A DNA stretch of 64,000 nucleotides from an uncultured Gemmatimonadales bacterium (GTDB lineage Bacteria; Gemmatimonadota; Gemmatimonadetes; Longimicrobiales; RSA9): positions 5,344,001-5,408,000 of the forward strand of contig OY970192.1 in the NCBI GenBank assembly GCA_963708135.1, read 5' to 3'. A model generated the notes under the pieces. It made no database searches, was not told the DNA's origin, and was given only the letters and a program-made list of their open reading frames with translations. Each line of letters opens with the position of its first letter. The first letter of the stretch is position 1. The position numbers were made by a program, and so were the translations under genes. Of the stretch, positions 10,526 through 20,783 are shown in pieces.

Positions 10526-10564
10526 GCGACGCAACGCGTCGCCGGGCCGAGGGCGGAGTGGACG

Positions 10565-11779
10565 ATGAGCGATGAGCAGGCCGGAACCGTGGTCGTCGGT
10601 GGCAGCCAGTCCGGGCTGGCGGTCGGCTATCACCTGGCGCGGCGGCACCTGCCCTTCGTAATCCTGGACGAGAACGAGCGGATCGGCGACGCGTGGCGCA
10701 AGCGGTGGGACTCGCTGCGCCTGTTCACGCCCGGCCGCTACGACGGGCTGCCGGGGATGCCGTTCCCGGGACCGCCGTCGCGCTACCCGACGAAGAACGA
10801 GGTGGCGGGATTCCTGGAGGCGTACGCCCGGAAGTTCGAGCTGCCCCTGCGGACCGGTGCCAGGGCCGAACGGCTGACGAGAGTCGACGATCGCTTCCAG
10901 GTGGTGAGCGGCCGGGACGCGTGGCTGGCCGAGAACGTGGTGGTGGCGACGGGCGCCTACCACCGGCCGCGGGTGCCACCGTTCGCCGGCAAGCTGGACG
11001 CGAGCATCAAGCAGCTGCACTCGAAGGAGTACCGCAGACCCTCGCAGATCGCACCGGGCGCCGTGCTGGTGGTGGGCGCCGGCAACTCGGGGGCGGAGAT
11101 CGCCATCGAGCTGGCGCGCCATCACCGGGTCTGGCTGTCGGGGCGGGACACGGGGCAGGAGCCGACGCGCGCGGGGAGCTTCGCCGATACCTACCTGTTC
11201 GCACCTCTCATGTGGTTCCTGGCGACGCGGGTGCTGACCGTGCGGACGCCGGTCGGGCGGAAGGTGCGCGACCACTTCCTGGATCCGCCGCGCGGAATCC
11301 CGCTGGGTCGCGTGCGGCGGAAAGACTTCGCCGCCGCGGGCGTCAAGCGGGTGCCGCGCGTGGCGGCGGTGCGCGATGGTCTGCCGGTCCTCGAGGACGG
11401 AACGGTGCTCGAGGTGGCGAACGTCGTCTGGTGCACCGGGCTCACTCCGGACTACGACTGGATCGACCTGCCGCTGCCATCCCGCCACGGGATCCCGCTC
11501 CACGACCGCGGCGTCGTCGAGTCCTGCCCCGGACTCTACCTCATGGGGCTCCCTTTCCTCTACTCGCTCAGCTCGGCCCTGCTGGGCGGCGTCGGGCGGG
11601 ATGCACGGCGCATCGCCGAGCGCATCGCTCGACCTTCCTACAGGCGCGCGCGCCAGGAACCTTCATGTGTCACGCGTAACGGCTCGCCGAGGACGGGTCT
11701 CAGACGTTGCCGAGCCGGGGGAGTGGCGGAAGACCCCGGTCGTGAGACAAGCTTCGCCGGCGGGGATCCCGGTGGCTGA
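10565..11779 (+). CDS. Flavin-containing monooxygenase / CzcO-like FAD-NAD(P) oxidoreductase
   Basis: VVVGGSQSGLAVG, WRKRWDSLRLFTP, VVVATG, LHSKEY, VLVVGAGNSG, VVWCTG. Confidence 0.85.
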   Translation: MSDEQAGTVVVGGSQSGLAVGYHLARRHLPFVILDENERIGDAWRKRWDSLRLFTPGRYDGLPGMPFPGPPSRYPTKNEVAGFLEAYARKFELPLRTGARAERLTRVDDRFQVVSGRDAWLAENVVVATGAYHRPRVPPFAGKLDASIKQLHSKEYRRPSQIAPGAVLVVGAGNSGAEIAIELARHHRVWLSGRDTGQEPTRAGSFADTYLFAPLMWFLATRVLTVRTPVGRKVRDHFLDPPRGIPLGRVRRKDFAAAGVKRVPRVAAVRDGLPVLEDGTVLEVANVVWCTGLTPDYDWIDLPLPSRHGIPLHDRGVVESCPGLYLMGLPFLYSLSSALLGGVGRDARRIAERIARPSYRRARQEPSCVTRNGSPRTGLRRCRAGGVAEDPGRETSFAGGDPGG

Positions 11780-11853
11780 GCAAGAGGTGCCGGCGCGAGC
11801 GACTTGCATCGTCGCCCGGGCGAGCGAAGGTTCTGCACCATCCGCCGGCGATC

Positions 11854-12017
11854 GTGCAGGGAAGGCGGATCGGGCTGATCACAAGGCAGTCGGGTCGGGA
11901 CCGCAGGGGCAGAGCACGATGGACCTGCTGAACGCGATGCCAGGGCTGAAGCTGGCGGCGCTGTTCTCCCCGGAGCACGGGATGCGCGGAGTGACGGAGA
12001 CGAAGGTGGAGCTCTGA
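11854..12017 (+). pseudogene. Frameshifted fragment of a NamZ/YbbC (DUF1343) exo-beta-N-acetylmuramidase
   Basis: VQGRRIGLITRQSGRDRRG, a frameshift, then QSTMDLLNAMPGLKLAALFSPEHGMRG and a stop. Confidence 0.65.
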
Positions 12018-12045
12018 CCACGTATGCCGGAGCGGAGGAGCATTC

Positions 12046-13047
12046 ATGCGAGATCCACCGCCAATCGCGGCGACGTCACCGAAGCACCCGGATGGAGCGG
12101 GCGGCTCCCGGACGGGGCGGCACCGGCTGCCGGCGCTGGTGGGGCTGCTGCTCGGCGCCGCCGCCACGGCCGCAGGCGCGCAGCAGCCCGTGCCGCCGCC
12201 GGCGGCGCAGAACCCCTCGCCGATGGTGGAGCACACCCGGGCCCACCGCCGGCTTCAGCCCGTGCAGCCGCCCGGGACCGAGCGCTCCTTCGCGGGGCCG
12301 CTCGGGAAGCCGGTGGTCGTCTTCATCCCCGCCGGCATGCGCGCGGCGGGGGCGGGGGCGCTGCGGCTCGTGGTCGAGTTCCTCGGCGCGCCGTACGTGA
12401 CCGAGCAGGCCGTCTCGCGGCTGGGCGGGCGCACGATCGCGGCGGTCGTGAATCTCGGCGCCGGCTCGGGAGTTTACGCGCAGACATTCGCCGCGCCCGA
12501 GGTTTTTGACAGCCTGCTGGCGGGGATCCGGCGCGAAGCCGGCGCGGTGCTGGGTCGCCCTGTCTCCTTCCACGAGTTGACGCTCGTAGGGTTCAGCGCC
12601 GGCCATGGGGCGGTACGCTCCATTCTGAGCGACCCCCGTCATCTTGGCAGAATCTCGAGCGTTCTGCTTCTGGACGGGCTCCATACCGGGTATCTGCCGC
12701 CGCGTACCGTCATGGCGGACGGCGGCACGCTCGACACGACCAATCTTGCCGTATTCGTCGCTTTCGCCCGGGCGGCGGAGGCGGGGCGTAAGCGGTTCCT
12801 GGTAACCCATTCCGAGATATTTCCGGGAACATTCGCCAGCACCACGGAGACGACCGATTACCTGGTCGGGGCGCTCGGGCTCGAGCGCACGCCGGTACTG
12901 CGCTGGGGGCCGCTGGGTATGCAGCAGCTCAGCGAGGTGAAGCAGGGTCGCTTCGAGCTGCTGGGCTTCGCCGGAAACGCGGCCCCGGACCACATCGACC
13001 AGTTCCAGTCCATGCCGGATATGTTGCGGCGTCTCGAAGGTCCTTGA
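12046..13047 (+). CDS. Secreted alpha/beta-hydrolase-like hypothetical protein
   Basis: Signal peptide ending AGA-QQ; GFSAG nucleophile elbow; LLLDGLH. Confidence 0.65.
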   Translation: MRDPPPIAATSPKHPDGAGGSRTGRHRLPALVGLLLGAAATAAGAQQPVPPPAAQNPSPMVEHTRAHRRLQPVQPPGTERSFAGPLGKPVVVFIPAGMRAAGAGALRLVVEFLGAPYVTEQAVSRLGGRTIAAVVNLGAGSGVYAQTFAAPEVFDSLLAGIRREAGAVLGRPVSFHELTLVGFSAGHGAVRSILSDPRHLGRISSVLLLDGLHTGYLPPRTVMADGGTLDTTNLAVFVAFARAAEAGRKRFLVTHSEIFPGTFASTTETTDYLVGALGLERTPVLRWGPLGMQQLSEVKQGRFELLGFAGNAAPDHIDQFQSMPDMLRRLEGP

Positions 13048-13079
13048 GCCCGCGCGGCACCGCCTCGGCCGCGGCGGCG

Positions 13080-13235
13080 AGAGCTGGCCCTCGATCCGGA
13101 CCTGCCGGCGGCGCACCGCGCGCGAGGATGGAGGTGCTTCGCTACGAGAACGACCCTCGCTTCGCCGCCTTCTGCCGCAAGGTGGGCCTGCCGGTCCCGG
13201 GGGAGACGGAGCCGGCGAGCGCCAGCAGGTCCTGA
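13080..13235 (+). pseudogene. C-terminal remnant of a TPR-containing (TolB-like/kinase) protein
   Basis: LALDPDLPAAH and DPRFAAFCRKVGLP are typical of the TPR tail of such proteins, here joined with the middle missing. Confidence 0.45.
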
Positions 13236-13369
13236 ACGCCTGACGCCAGGGGCGCGTGCAGTCGCTGGCTGTAAGGCGGGCTCGAAGAAGTCCTGGGCCC
13301 TGCTCGGGGTCCGCTCACATCGTTGCCCGGGCGTTGGGGATGCGCTCCGGGAGCAGCGCAGAGCGAGCC

Positions 13370-14074
13370 TCAATTCATCTGCGAGCGGAATTCCACCTCG
13401 AGCGTGATGCTGTCGTTCACGCTCATCACCCGGAAGATCTTGGGAGGCGTCAAGCCGAATTTCTCGAACGTGAACTCCGTCGTGGCGCGACCCGCCACGA
13501 GACCGCTGCGATCGTCGACGGTGGCGATCCCCTGCCACGTCAGCGGGGCGGTCGTCCCGTGGATGGTCATGTCGCCGGAAAGCTCAAACCCGAATTGACC
13601 GGTGAGTGGGTTGGGCATTCCCGTGATCGTATCCGGCACGAAGACGGCCGTGGGATACTGCGCGGTTTCGAGGGTGCGGTGCTGGATGAAGCCGTCGCGC
13701 ATCGGCTGATCGCTCTTCAGTGTGCGCAGGTCGAACGTCAGGTTCGAGCGGCTGCTGTCGATCGAGCCATCCTTGTTGAACACGATCGTGCCGGTCACGG
13801 CCGTCGATCGACCCACGGCGTCGCTTGGGAAGCTGACGCCGACGAGCTGTTCGCGCACACGGTAGGAGACGTTCGTCCCGTCAATGACGGTCAACGTGAG
13901 GGGAAAGGGTTTCGGCGCACCGCGCTGGCCCGGCGGTGGACCCGCCTGCGGCAACCCACCCCGGGCTTGCGGGACGGACCCAGGCACGAACGCCGCGGCG
14001 AGCAACGCGGCGCTTGCGCTCCACACCGTCCTGCGGCGGAGCCGCGCTCCAGCTGAAGGTTGCATCCGATTCAT
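13370..14074 (-). CDS. YceI family protein
   Basis: Signal peptide; VSYRVREQL, LKSDQPMRD, LETAQYP, GDMTIHG, FGLTPP. Confidence 0.85.
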   Translation of the reverse strand: MNRMQPSAGARLRRRTVWSASAALLAAAFVPGSVPQARGGLPQAGPPPGQRGAPKPFPLTLTVIDGTNVSYRVREQLVGVSFPSDAVGRSTAVTGTIVFNKDGSIDSSRSNLTFDLRTLKSDQPMRDGFIQHRTLETAQYPTAVFVPDTITGMPNPLTGQFGFELSGDMTIHGTTAPLTWQGIATVDDRSGLVAGRATTEFTFEKFGLTPPKIFRVMSVNDSITLEVEFRSQMN

Positions 14075-14373
14075 TCCTGTCCTCTCGCTGTACGGTGGAT
14101 CGCCCCCTGGCGGTCCAGGGCGGCCCATTGCTCGTGGCGGTGCATTCGATGTCGGCGAGCAGGTTAGTGTCCGACGGGTCGGCGCACCCGACTGATCCCC
14201 GTACGATGAACCGGCGGGACCACCTTTTCGTTCCGCCTGCGGAGGGAACTCCTGTGGCGCGAGACCGAGTGTAGCCCCCTCCGCAGGGCGACGCGAGATC
14301 AAATCGGCCCCGGGCACGAGCAGCACAAGGCGATCGATGTGCGTAGTGCGTACCTCTGCTGGCGCCCCGCCGG

Positions 14374-14420
14374 AAAGCACGACGGCACCGCTCCGATAAG
14401 TCGTTGCGGTGCCGTTCGTT
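14374..14420 (-). terminator. Probable terminator hairpin downstream of tRNA-Pro
   Basis: acgacggcaccgc/gcggtgccgttcgt inverted repeat followed by a short T run on the minus strand. Confidence 0.45.
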
Positions 14421-14426
14421 AGAGAG

Positions 14427-14500
14427 TCGGGACGGCGGGATTTGAACCCGCGACCCCCTGAACCCCATTCAGGTGCGCTACCGGGCTGCGCTACGTCCCG
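14427..14500 (-). tRNA. tRNA-Pro(GGG)
   Basis: Cloverleaf; anticodon arm CCTGA-AT GGG GT-TCAGG; GGTTCAAATCC. Confidence 0.95.
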
Positions 14501-14555
14501 AAACGCCAAATCATAGCGCATCCCCGCGCCCCCAACAACCCCGCGGCCGGCGCCC

Positions 14556-15007
14556 TCAGGCCTTCTGCGGCACCACCGGCGTCAGCCCGTGCCGCCGCAT
14601 CACCTCGCCCAGCGCGGCGCGGTCGGGCGGGCCGCCGGCCGACCGGGCCAGCACCTCGCCGATCTCCCGGAAGTACGCGGGCCGAAGACGCCGGGCGTCG
14701 CGACGGCGAGGAAGGTCGCGTCGGTGTCGCCCTGGTTCGAGAAGCCGTGCACCAGGCCCCGGCGGATGCACACGGCCTCGCCCGGGCCCACCTCCACGGT
14801 CCGGCCGTCGATGGTCCACGTCGTCACGCCCTCCAGCCCGTAGACCGTCTCTTCGAAGGCGTCGTGGCTGTGTGGGGCCGGCATCGTCGCCTTCGCCGGC
14901 ACGTAGCACTCGAAGACGCTCGCGCTGCCGTTGGAGTCCGAGCCCTCCACGAGGAACTTCACGCCCATCGCGCCCACCGCGATGATGTCCTCCGTCGCTG
15001 CGCTCAT
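14556..15007 (-). pseudogene. Cupin domain protein with a -1 frameshift near 14678
   Basis: PHSHDAFEETVYGLEG..HGFSN; PGVFGP continues in another frame as AYFREIGEVL..MRRHGLTP. Possible sequencing indel. Confidence 0.7.
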
Positions 15008-15038
15008 GTTGCATCTCCTGGCCGACGCAGGTACGTTG

Positions 15039-15095
15039 GTAAAGAAACTTGACCAAAGTCTAGACCCTGGCGCCCACTCTGTCAAGTGGCTTGAC
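15039..15095. promoter_or_regulatory. Probable MarR operators between the divergent cupin and marR genes
   Basis: gtcaag-tgg-cttgac (15081-15095) and a degenerate copy gtaaag-aaa-cttgac (15039-15053). Confidence 0.55.
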
Positions 15096-15098
15096 TAA

Positions 15099-15554
15099 AT
15101 GGCCGAGACGAACCCTCCGCCTGCGCTCATCGGGGCGCTGCTGCGCATGCCGTGGGAGGTGGTCCGCGAGCGGATGCTGACGGGGCTGCACGCGCGCGGG
15201 TACACCGATCTGGTGGCGGCGCACCTGAACGTGTTCCAGTACCCGGGCCCCGAGAACCAGCGGCCGTCGGACCTCGCGGCGCACACGCGCATGACGAAGC
15301 AGGCGCTCAACTACCTGCTCGGGCAGATGGAGCAGCTGGGCTACCTCGTGCGGGAGGACGACGCCGAGGACCAGCGCTCGAAACGCATTCGCGTGACGCC
15401 GCGGGGCGACGCCATGATTGCGGCGATCCGGGAGATCGTCCACGAGGTCGAGGCGGAATGGGCGGAGCGGCTCGGGGCGCGCAGGTTCGCGCAGCTGAAG
15501 GAGCTGCTGACGGAGCTGCAGGCGGTTGCGGCACCCGGCGATGCCTCCGCTTGA
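15099..15554 (+). CDS. MarR family transcriptional regulator
   Basis: SDLAAHTRMTKQAL..GYLVRE..DQRSKRIRVTPRG. Confidence 0.9.
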   Translation: MAETNPPPALIGALLRMPWEVVRERMLTGLHARGYTDLVAAHLNVFQYPGPENQRPSDLAAHTRMTKQALNYLLGQMEQLGYLVREDDAEDQRSKRIRVTPRGDAMIAAIREIVHEVEAEWAERLGARRFAQLKELLTELQAVAAPGDASA

Positions 15555-15668
15555 CAGGCGCCGCGTCTCCGGCTGGGGCGCGACCACTTCCGAGCAGCCT
15601 TCATTCGCCGCCTGCCGTCCCCGTCGAGCGGCCGGCGCAGTTCGACACCACCTCGACCGGAGGTCTCC

Positions 15669-16157
15669 ATGCCCGCTCCCCCGACGGCCCGCGATGTCCT
15701 CCTCGGCCTTCTGGACGAGGCCTACGACCGACCGGCATGGCACGGGCCGAACCTGAAGGCGGCGGTGCGCGGGCTCGGCCCGGAGCGGGCGCTCTGGCGG
15801 CCGGCACCGGGGCGGCACTGCATCTGGGAGCTGGTGCTCCACGTGGCTTACTGGGAGCATGCGGTCCTCCGGCGGATCGGCGGGACGGACGAGGCGTTTC
15901 CGCGCTCGCCCCGGAATTTCCCGGACCTGCCGGCCGAGCCCACCACCCGCGCCTGGAAGGCCGACCTCGCCCTGCTCGACGAAACGCACGCGCGGCTCCG
16001 CGACGCCGCGGCCGCGTTCCCCCTCGCCCGCCTCGCCGCGCCGCTCCCGGGCGTCCCGAAGCGCACCGCGCTGCGCGAGATCCGCGGCGCCGCGGCCCAC
16101 GACCTCTACCACGCCGGCCAGATGATGATGCTCCGCCGCATGGCCGAGCAGGGGTAG
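15669..16157 (+). CDS. DinB family protein
   Basis: AWHGPNL, IWELVLHVAYWE, HDLYHAGQ. Confidence 0.85.
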   Translation: MPAPPTARDVLLGLLDEAYDRPAWHGPNLKAAVRGLGPERALWRPAPGRHCIWELVLHVAYWEHAVLRRIGGTDEAFPRSPRNFPDLPAEPTTRAWKADLALLDETHARLRDAAAAFPLARLAAPLPGVPKRTALREIRGAAAHDLYHAGQMMMLRRMAEQG

Positions 16158-16379
16158 GCCCGCGCCCGGAGACCTCTTCCCGTACACGCACCCGCGGCCC
16201 GTCTTTCGCAGGTGCCCGTACACCTGGCAGTGCGGCCGCGCCCGTGCCCGGTGGTTCCGTGAACGCCTGCGTGCCCGGCCGGTCCAGGGCGATGCCACCG
16301 TTGCGTCCGCGCGGCGAACGCCAGATTCTACTTCGCGCCCACGAGCACCCGGGCGTGGACCTGATCCCGGAGGCACGCG

Positions 16380-16766
16380 ATGCAGGATCGCCAGCACGTG
16401 CCCACGGCGGCGCCGTGGGCGGCGATGGTCGGCTACTCCCGGGCGGTGAAGATCGGGCGCACGATCTACGTCTCGGGGACCGCCTCGGTCTCCGACGACG
16501 GCGGCGTGGCCCACCCGCGCGATCCCTACCGCCAGGCGCAGCGCTGCTGCGCGATCATCATCGACGCGCTGCGGGAGCTGGGCGCCGGCCCCGAGCACGT
16601 CGTTCGCACCCGCCTCTACGTGCGTCACCCGGAGCACTGGATGGACGTCGGCACGGCCCACGACGAGGCGTTCGGCGAGGCCCGTCCGGCCACGACGCTC
16701 GTCGCGGTGGCCGGCTTCATCGACCCCGCCATGCTCGTCGAGATCGAGGCGGAGGCCGTGGTCTGA
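16380..16766 (+). CDS. RidA/YjgF family protein
   Basis: VGYSRAV..IYVSGT..VVRTRLY..RPATT..LVEIEAEA. Confidence 0.9.
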   Translation: MQDRQHVPTAAPWAAMVGYSRAVKIGRTIYVSGTASVSDDGGVAHPRDPYRQAQRCCAIIIDALRELGAGPEHVVRTRLYVRHPEHWMDVGTAHDEAFGEARPATTLVAVAGFIDPAMLVEIEAEAVV

Positions 16767-16893
16767 CCGGCACCGGCTCGGGCGTCGGCGGCTGGGGCGG
16801 GAACCCGCCACGCCGCCACCGCGTTCTGCGGGATGAAGTCCCGGCCGCTCCCGCGTGTCGGGGCTCTTCCTTTCCGTGGAGAGGAGGTGTGTC

Positions 16894-17385
16894 TTGAGCG
16901 CCAGGACGATTCCCGTCCCCCTCGTGCGGGCGAACCAATGGACGATCGTCGTTGCCGTGCTCCTCGCCGCGGCGACGCGCGACCCCCTCTGGCTGCTCCT
17001 GCCGTGGGTGGCCGCCCTCGCCGGGCTCGCCGGCGGGCCGCGTTGGCAGCCGATCTTTCGGGTGACCCGGCGCGCGCTCGGGCCGCGGCTGGCGGATGCC
17101 GAGCGCGAGGACGCGGGCGCGCAGCGCTTCAACGCGATCCTGGCCTGGCTGCTCCTCTCGGTGGCGCTCCTCTCGCTGTTGGTGCTGGACACGCCGTCGA
17201 TCGGCTGGACGGCCGCCGGCGCCGTGGCATTGGCGGCGTTCTCCGGCGCCCGCGGCTTCTGCATCGGCTGTGCGCTGTACGGCTGGCTTCCGCCCTCCGC
17301 GCGCCGGGTTCTGGCCGGCCGCACCGGCGGCGAGACCGGGCAGGCGCCGCCCGTCTCCTCCCCGGAACCGCCCGCCCTCCACTGA
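16894..17385 (+). CDS. DUF4395 membrane protein
   Basis: TTG start after GAGGAGG; EDAGAQRFN and GFCIGCALY motifs. Confidence 0.75.
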   Translation: MSARTIPVPLVRANQWTIVVAVLLAAATRDPLWLLLPWVAALAGLAGGPRWQPIFRVTRRALGPRLADAEREDAGAQRFNAILAWLLLSVALLSLLVLDTPSIGWTAAGAVALAAFSGARGFCIGCALYGWLPPSARRVLAGRTGGETGQAPPVSSPEPPALH

Positions 17386-17970
17386 GACATCCGCGCCCCG
17401 CCTGAGACTTCCCGTCCACGGATACAAAAAAGCGGGCAGCGCGTCCCGCACGACGCGCTGCCCCGGAAAAGACGTTTGCGAATAGGTGTGGCAGAGGGCC
17501 ACGTGGTAGGTTTCGCATCCGCCTTCATGTCCTACTACGGCAGGAAGCAGACCACGGTTTCAGATGGTTCCCCGCCGGGTCCGCAAGGGTGGAGCGACGA
17601 TTCGCGACACGTCGGCCGGACGCAGATGTCGGCGGCGGCGGAGCGTGGGCGGATCGCCGCCGGCGCCACGTCGTCCGCGATCGCCGCGCGGCGCGGCGGC
17701 CCCCTTTCAACTCCTTGGATTCAATCGAGATGCGAGGTCGGCCTCGGATCGGAGCGGCCCCTTGCGCCGCGAGGCTCGCCCAGGCGGAGAGAGGCGCGGC
17801 CGGAGGTCGTCCGTGTCCGATCGGACGACCGGCGCGAGCGTGTCGGCCGAGCGAGCCGGCGGCCGGCCGGGTGACTTCGGGCACGCGCGCGGGGCGTTCG
17901 CTTGCGGGACGCGAGTGGTCGCAACTGAACAGAAGTCGGGAAATCTTTTCCCTGTTGGGCGCCCGGTGGG

Positions 17971-19539
17971 TCAGAAGAGCAGCTGGAGGGACGCAACGGC
18001 CTGCGCGGTCCGCCAGCGGCCGCCCGCGGCGCGCTCGCCGGCCAGGGAGAGGCCGACCTCGAGGCTGGGGCCGGTGCGCACCTCGAGGTCGAGGCGGCCG
18101 CCGCGGCTCGTGCCGGCGCGCTGCGGCGCGAGCAGGTTCTCGTCGCCGCGGTCGCGGGTGAAGGCCTGCGCGCGCAGCCGCACGCGGGCGGCGAGCAGGG
18201 CGGCGTCGCCGAAGGCGAGCCACTCGGAGCCGTTCCCGGCGAGCGGGCTGCCGACGGGGATGCCGGCGTCGGCCCAGCCGTTCCGGAGGGCGTAGTTTCG
18301 GTACCAGATCGGGTTGCCGCAGCAGGAGACGGCGAAGATGGTGCGCTCGAGGCCGAGGCCGACCTGCGGCACGCCGGGCAGCGCGGCCAGCCGGCCGCCG
18401 GCGGTGAAGCCGGGGACGTGGTGGTAGGCGCCGTGGCTGTCGTCCATTCCCCACTCGCCGTAGAGCTCGACGGGCAGCGGGCCGAGCGGCGGGCGCACCT
18501 CCGCGTCCACGCTCAGCACGTCATTGGCGAAGGCGCCGCTCCCGTCGGCGGCGTGGCCGGTCCCGCCGACGAGCAGGAAGGCCATGTTGTGCAGCGTGAT
18601 CGGCAGGTTCCCCTCGCCGCCGAACATGGCCGCGCGGTTGAGCCCGACGGTCACGCGCGGATTCGGCGTCATGGTGCCGCGGAAGCCGATGAAGTAGGGG
18701 TTCCGGATGCTGTCGCCGCCGCTCACGCGCGAGAGGAAGCTCTCGATGTGGATCGGGCCCATGACGCGGAAGATCCACGGGAAGCGGATCGGGTGCACGA
18801 GGAAGCCGCCGACGCCGTCGAAGGCGACGCCGCCGCCGAGCACGATCCCGCCGCCCTCGGATGGCCCGTAGGCGACGCGGCGCCGGCCGGCCCACACGCC
18901 GAGCGCTCGCCACGCGGCGGTGACCTCGCCCTCCCGGAGCACCAGGCCGTCGCGGCCGACGGCCGGCACGGCGCGCAGCGAGAGGTAGGGATGGAGGCTG
19001 CCGCTCAGGCTCACGGCGGCGAAGGGCGTGATGGTATCCGGAATGGGGACGGCGCCCGTCCAGTCCCCGGGCGCGTAGCCGGTGCCCGCTCCCACGCGAC
19101 CCGTCAGCCGCTCGTAGCCGGCCTCCAGACGGCCGGCGCCGCGGACGAGGCGGCCGTGCGGCGCCGCCTCGGCCACCTCGAGGATGGGCCCGAACTCCCC
19201 CGCGAAGCGCGCGAAGTAGCCGCGGGCGAGCGGGGCGAGGGCCGGGGCGGATGCCTCGGCGCGGGCCACGGCATCGCGGAACAGGTGCGCGGCATCGCGG
19301 CGGGTGAGGAGGCCGGTGCCCGGGTCGTACCACTTGCCCACGAGCCCGAGCGCCCAGAGCCGCCGGGCGGCATCCCGGGCCCAGTGCGTGGCCGGGAGGA
19401 AGGGGGACGCGAAGGAGGGCATGGGCGGCGTCGCCTGCGGCTCCTGTGCGTGGAGCGGCGAGGCGGCCACGGCCAGCGCGCACGCCAGCACGGCCGCGCT
19501 GCCGAGCGGCCGGCCGACCGCCCGGGCGAGGCTGGTCAC
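17971..19539 (-). CDS. Wzi-like capsule assembly / outer-membrane beta-barrel protein
   Basis: Signal peptide; WAGRRRVAYGP..GGIVLG, GLNRAAMFGG, LYGEWG, GSPLAGNG; C-terminal F; GTGA overlap with the mscS stop. Confidence 0.6.
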   Translation of the reverse strand: MTSLARAVGRPLGSAAVLACALAVAASPLHAQEPQATPPMPSFASPFLPATHWARDAARRLWALGLVGKWYDPGTGLLTRRDAAHLFRDAVARAEASAPALAPLARGYFARFAGEFGPILEVAEAAPHGRLVRGAGRLEAGYERLTGRVGAGTGYAPGDWTGAVPIPDTITPFAAVSLSGSLHPYLSLRAVPAVGRDGLVLREGEVTAAWRALGVWAGRRRVAYGPSEGGGIVLGGGVAFDGVGGFLVHPIRFPWIFRVMGPIHIESFLSRVSGGDSIRNPYFIGFRGTMTPNPRVTVGLNRAAMFGGEGNLPITLHNMAFLLVGGTGHAADGSGAFANDVLSVDAEVRPPLGPLPVELYGEWGMDDSHGAYHHVPGFTAGGRLAALPGVPQVGLGLERTIFAVSCCGNPIWYRNYALRNGWADAGIPVGSPLAGNGSEWLAFGDAALLAARVRLRAQAFTRDRGDENLLAPQRAGTSRGGRLDLEVRTGPSLEVGLSLAGERAAGGRWRTAQAVASLQLLF

Positions 19540-20648
19540 GAGCCGCCGGCCGGCCCGGCCGGGGCCGCGGAGGGCGGCTTCCTCCCGTCCGTCTCGCGCA
19601 CCTCCGCCCGGACGCGAGGGAGCGCGCCCGGGTGGCGCTCCTGCAGGAACGCGAGCAGGCGCTCCCGGACGAGGCAGCGCAGGTCGAAGGCGGTTCCTGC
19701 GTTCGCCGCGCTCATGAGCGCCCGCAGCTCCACGGTCCGGTCCGTGGCATCGGTCACCTGGAGCGCCCAGGCGCGCCCATCCCAGAGGTCGGTGCCCTTC
19801 AGGATTCGCTCGAGCTCCGCTCTCACCTCCTCGACCGGCACCGTGTAGTCCACGTACAGGAAGACCGTGCCGAGCAGGTTGGAGGTCGTGCGCGTCCAGT
19901 TCTGGAACGGGTTCTCGATGAACCAGGAGAGCGGCACGACCAGGCGCCGGTCGTCCCAGATCCGCACCACCACGTAGGTCGTCGTGATCTCCTCGATCCG
20001 CCCCCACTCGCCCTCCACGATCACCACGTCGTCGATCCGGATCGGCTCCGTCAGCGCCAGCTGGATGCCGCCGATGATGTTCGACAGCGCCGGCCGCGCC
20101 GCGATCCCGACCACCAGCCCCGCCATGCCGGCCGAGGCGAACAGGCTGATCCCGAGGTTCCGGATCGCCGGGAACGTCATGAGCGCGAGCGCCAGGGCGA
20201 CGATCGCCACGCCGGCCACTACCACGCGGCGCAGCAGGCCGATCTGCGTGCGCACACGCCGCGCCTGCAGGTTGTCGGCCACGTCGATCCGGTAGCGGCT
20301 GGACACGACGTCGCCCGCCACGTCCACCAGCGCGACCAGCAGCCACGCCATGGCGCCGATCAGCGCCAGCTCGAGGGCGTGACGGACGGGCCCCACCCAC
20401 CGGCCCGCGATCGTCGGCAGGCCGAAGGCGAACGACAGCCCGAGCAGCGGCAGGAGCACCCGCACCGGGCGACGCGTGCGGCGCACGAGCACGTCGTCCA
20501 GCACGCTCCCCGTCCGGCGCGCCAGCCGGCCGAGCACCGCGTAGAGCATGCCGTAGGCGGCGAGTCCCACGGCGAGACCGAGCACCAGCCCGACGGCCGA
20601 CCACAGCCAGGGGTGCGCGTCTGCGCTCAGGACCGGCATCCTTGCCAT
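19536..20648 (-). CDS. mscS: Small-conductance mechanosensitive channel family protein
   Basis: LSNIIGGIQLALTEPIRIDDVVIVEGEWGRIEEI..WDDRRLVVP..FQNW. Confidence 0.9.
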   Translation of the reverse strand: MARMPVLSADAHPWLWSAVGLVLGLAVGLAAYGMLYAVLGRLARRTGSVLDDVLVRRTRRPVRVLLPLLGLSFAFGLPTIAGRWVGPVRHALELALIGAMAWLLVALVDVAGDVVSSRYRIDVADNLQARRVRTQIGLLRRVVVAGVAIVALALALMTFPAIRNLGISLFASAGMAGLVVGIAARPALSNIIGGIQLALTEPIRIDDVVIVEGEWGRIEEITTTYVVVRIWDDRRLVVPLSWFIENPFQNWTRTTSNLLGTVFLYVDYTVPVEEVRAELERILKGTDLWDGRAWALQVTDATDRTVELRALMSAANAGTAFDLRCLVRERLLAFLQERHPGALPRVRAEVRETDGRKPPSAAPAGPAGGS

Positions 20649-20783
20649 CCCGTGGGTGTCGAGGATCGTTCGAGGCGACGCCGCGCGGGCGCGCAGAGAT
20701 CGTACCACCCTCCCGCCACTGCCGCCCGACAGACGGCACGCAGCCCTGCCGCGCCCCCGGTCGAGCGGCGACCGGGAGGGGGT

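Noticed and set aside
17400..17970. Possible small gene or ncRNA between DUF4395 and the Wzi-like gene
   Set aside because: No convincing RBS, protein motif or recognisable structure.
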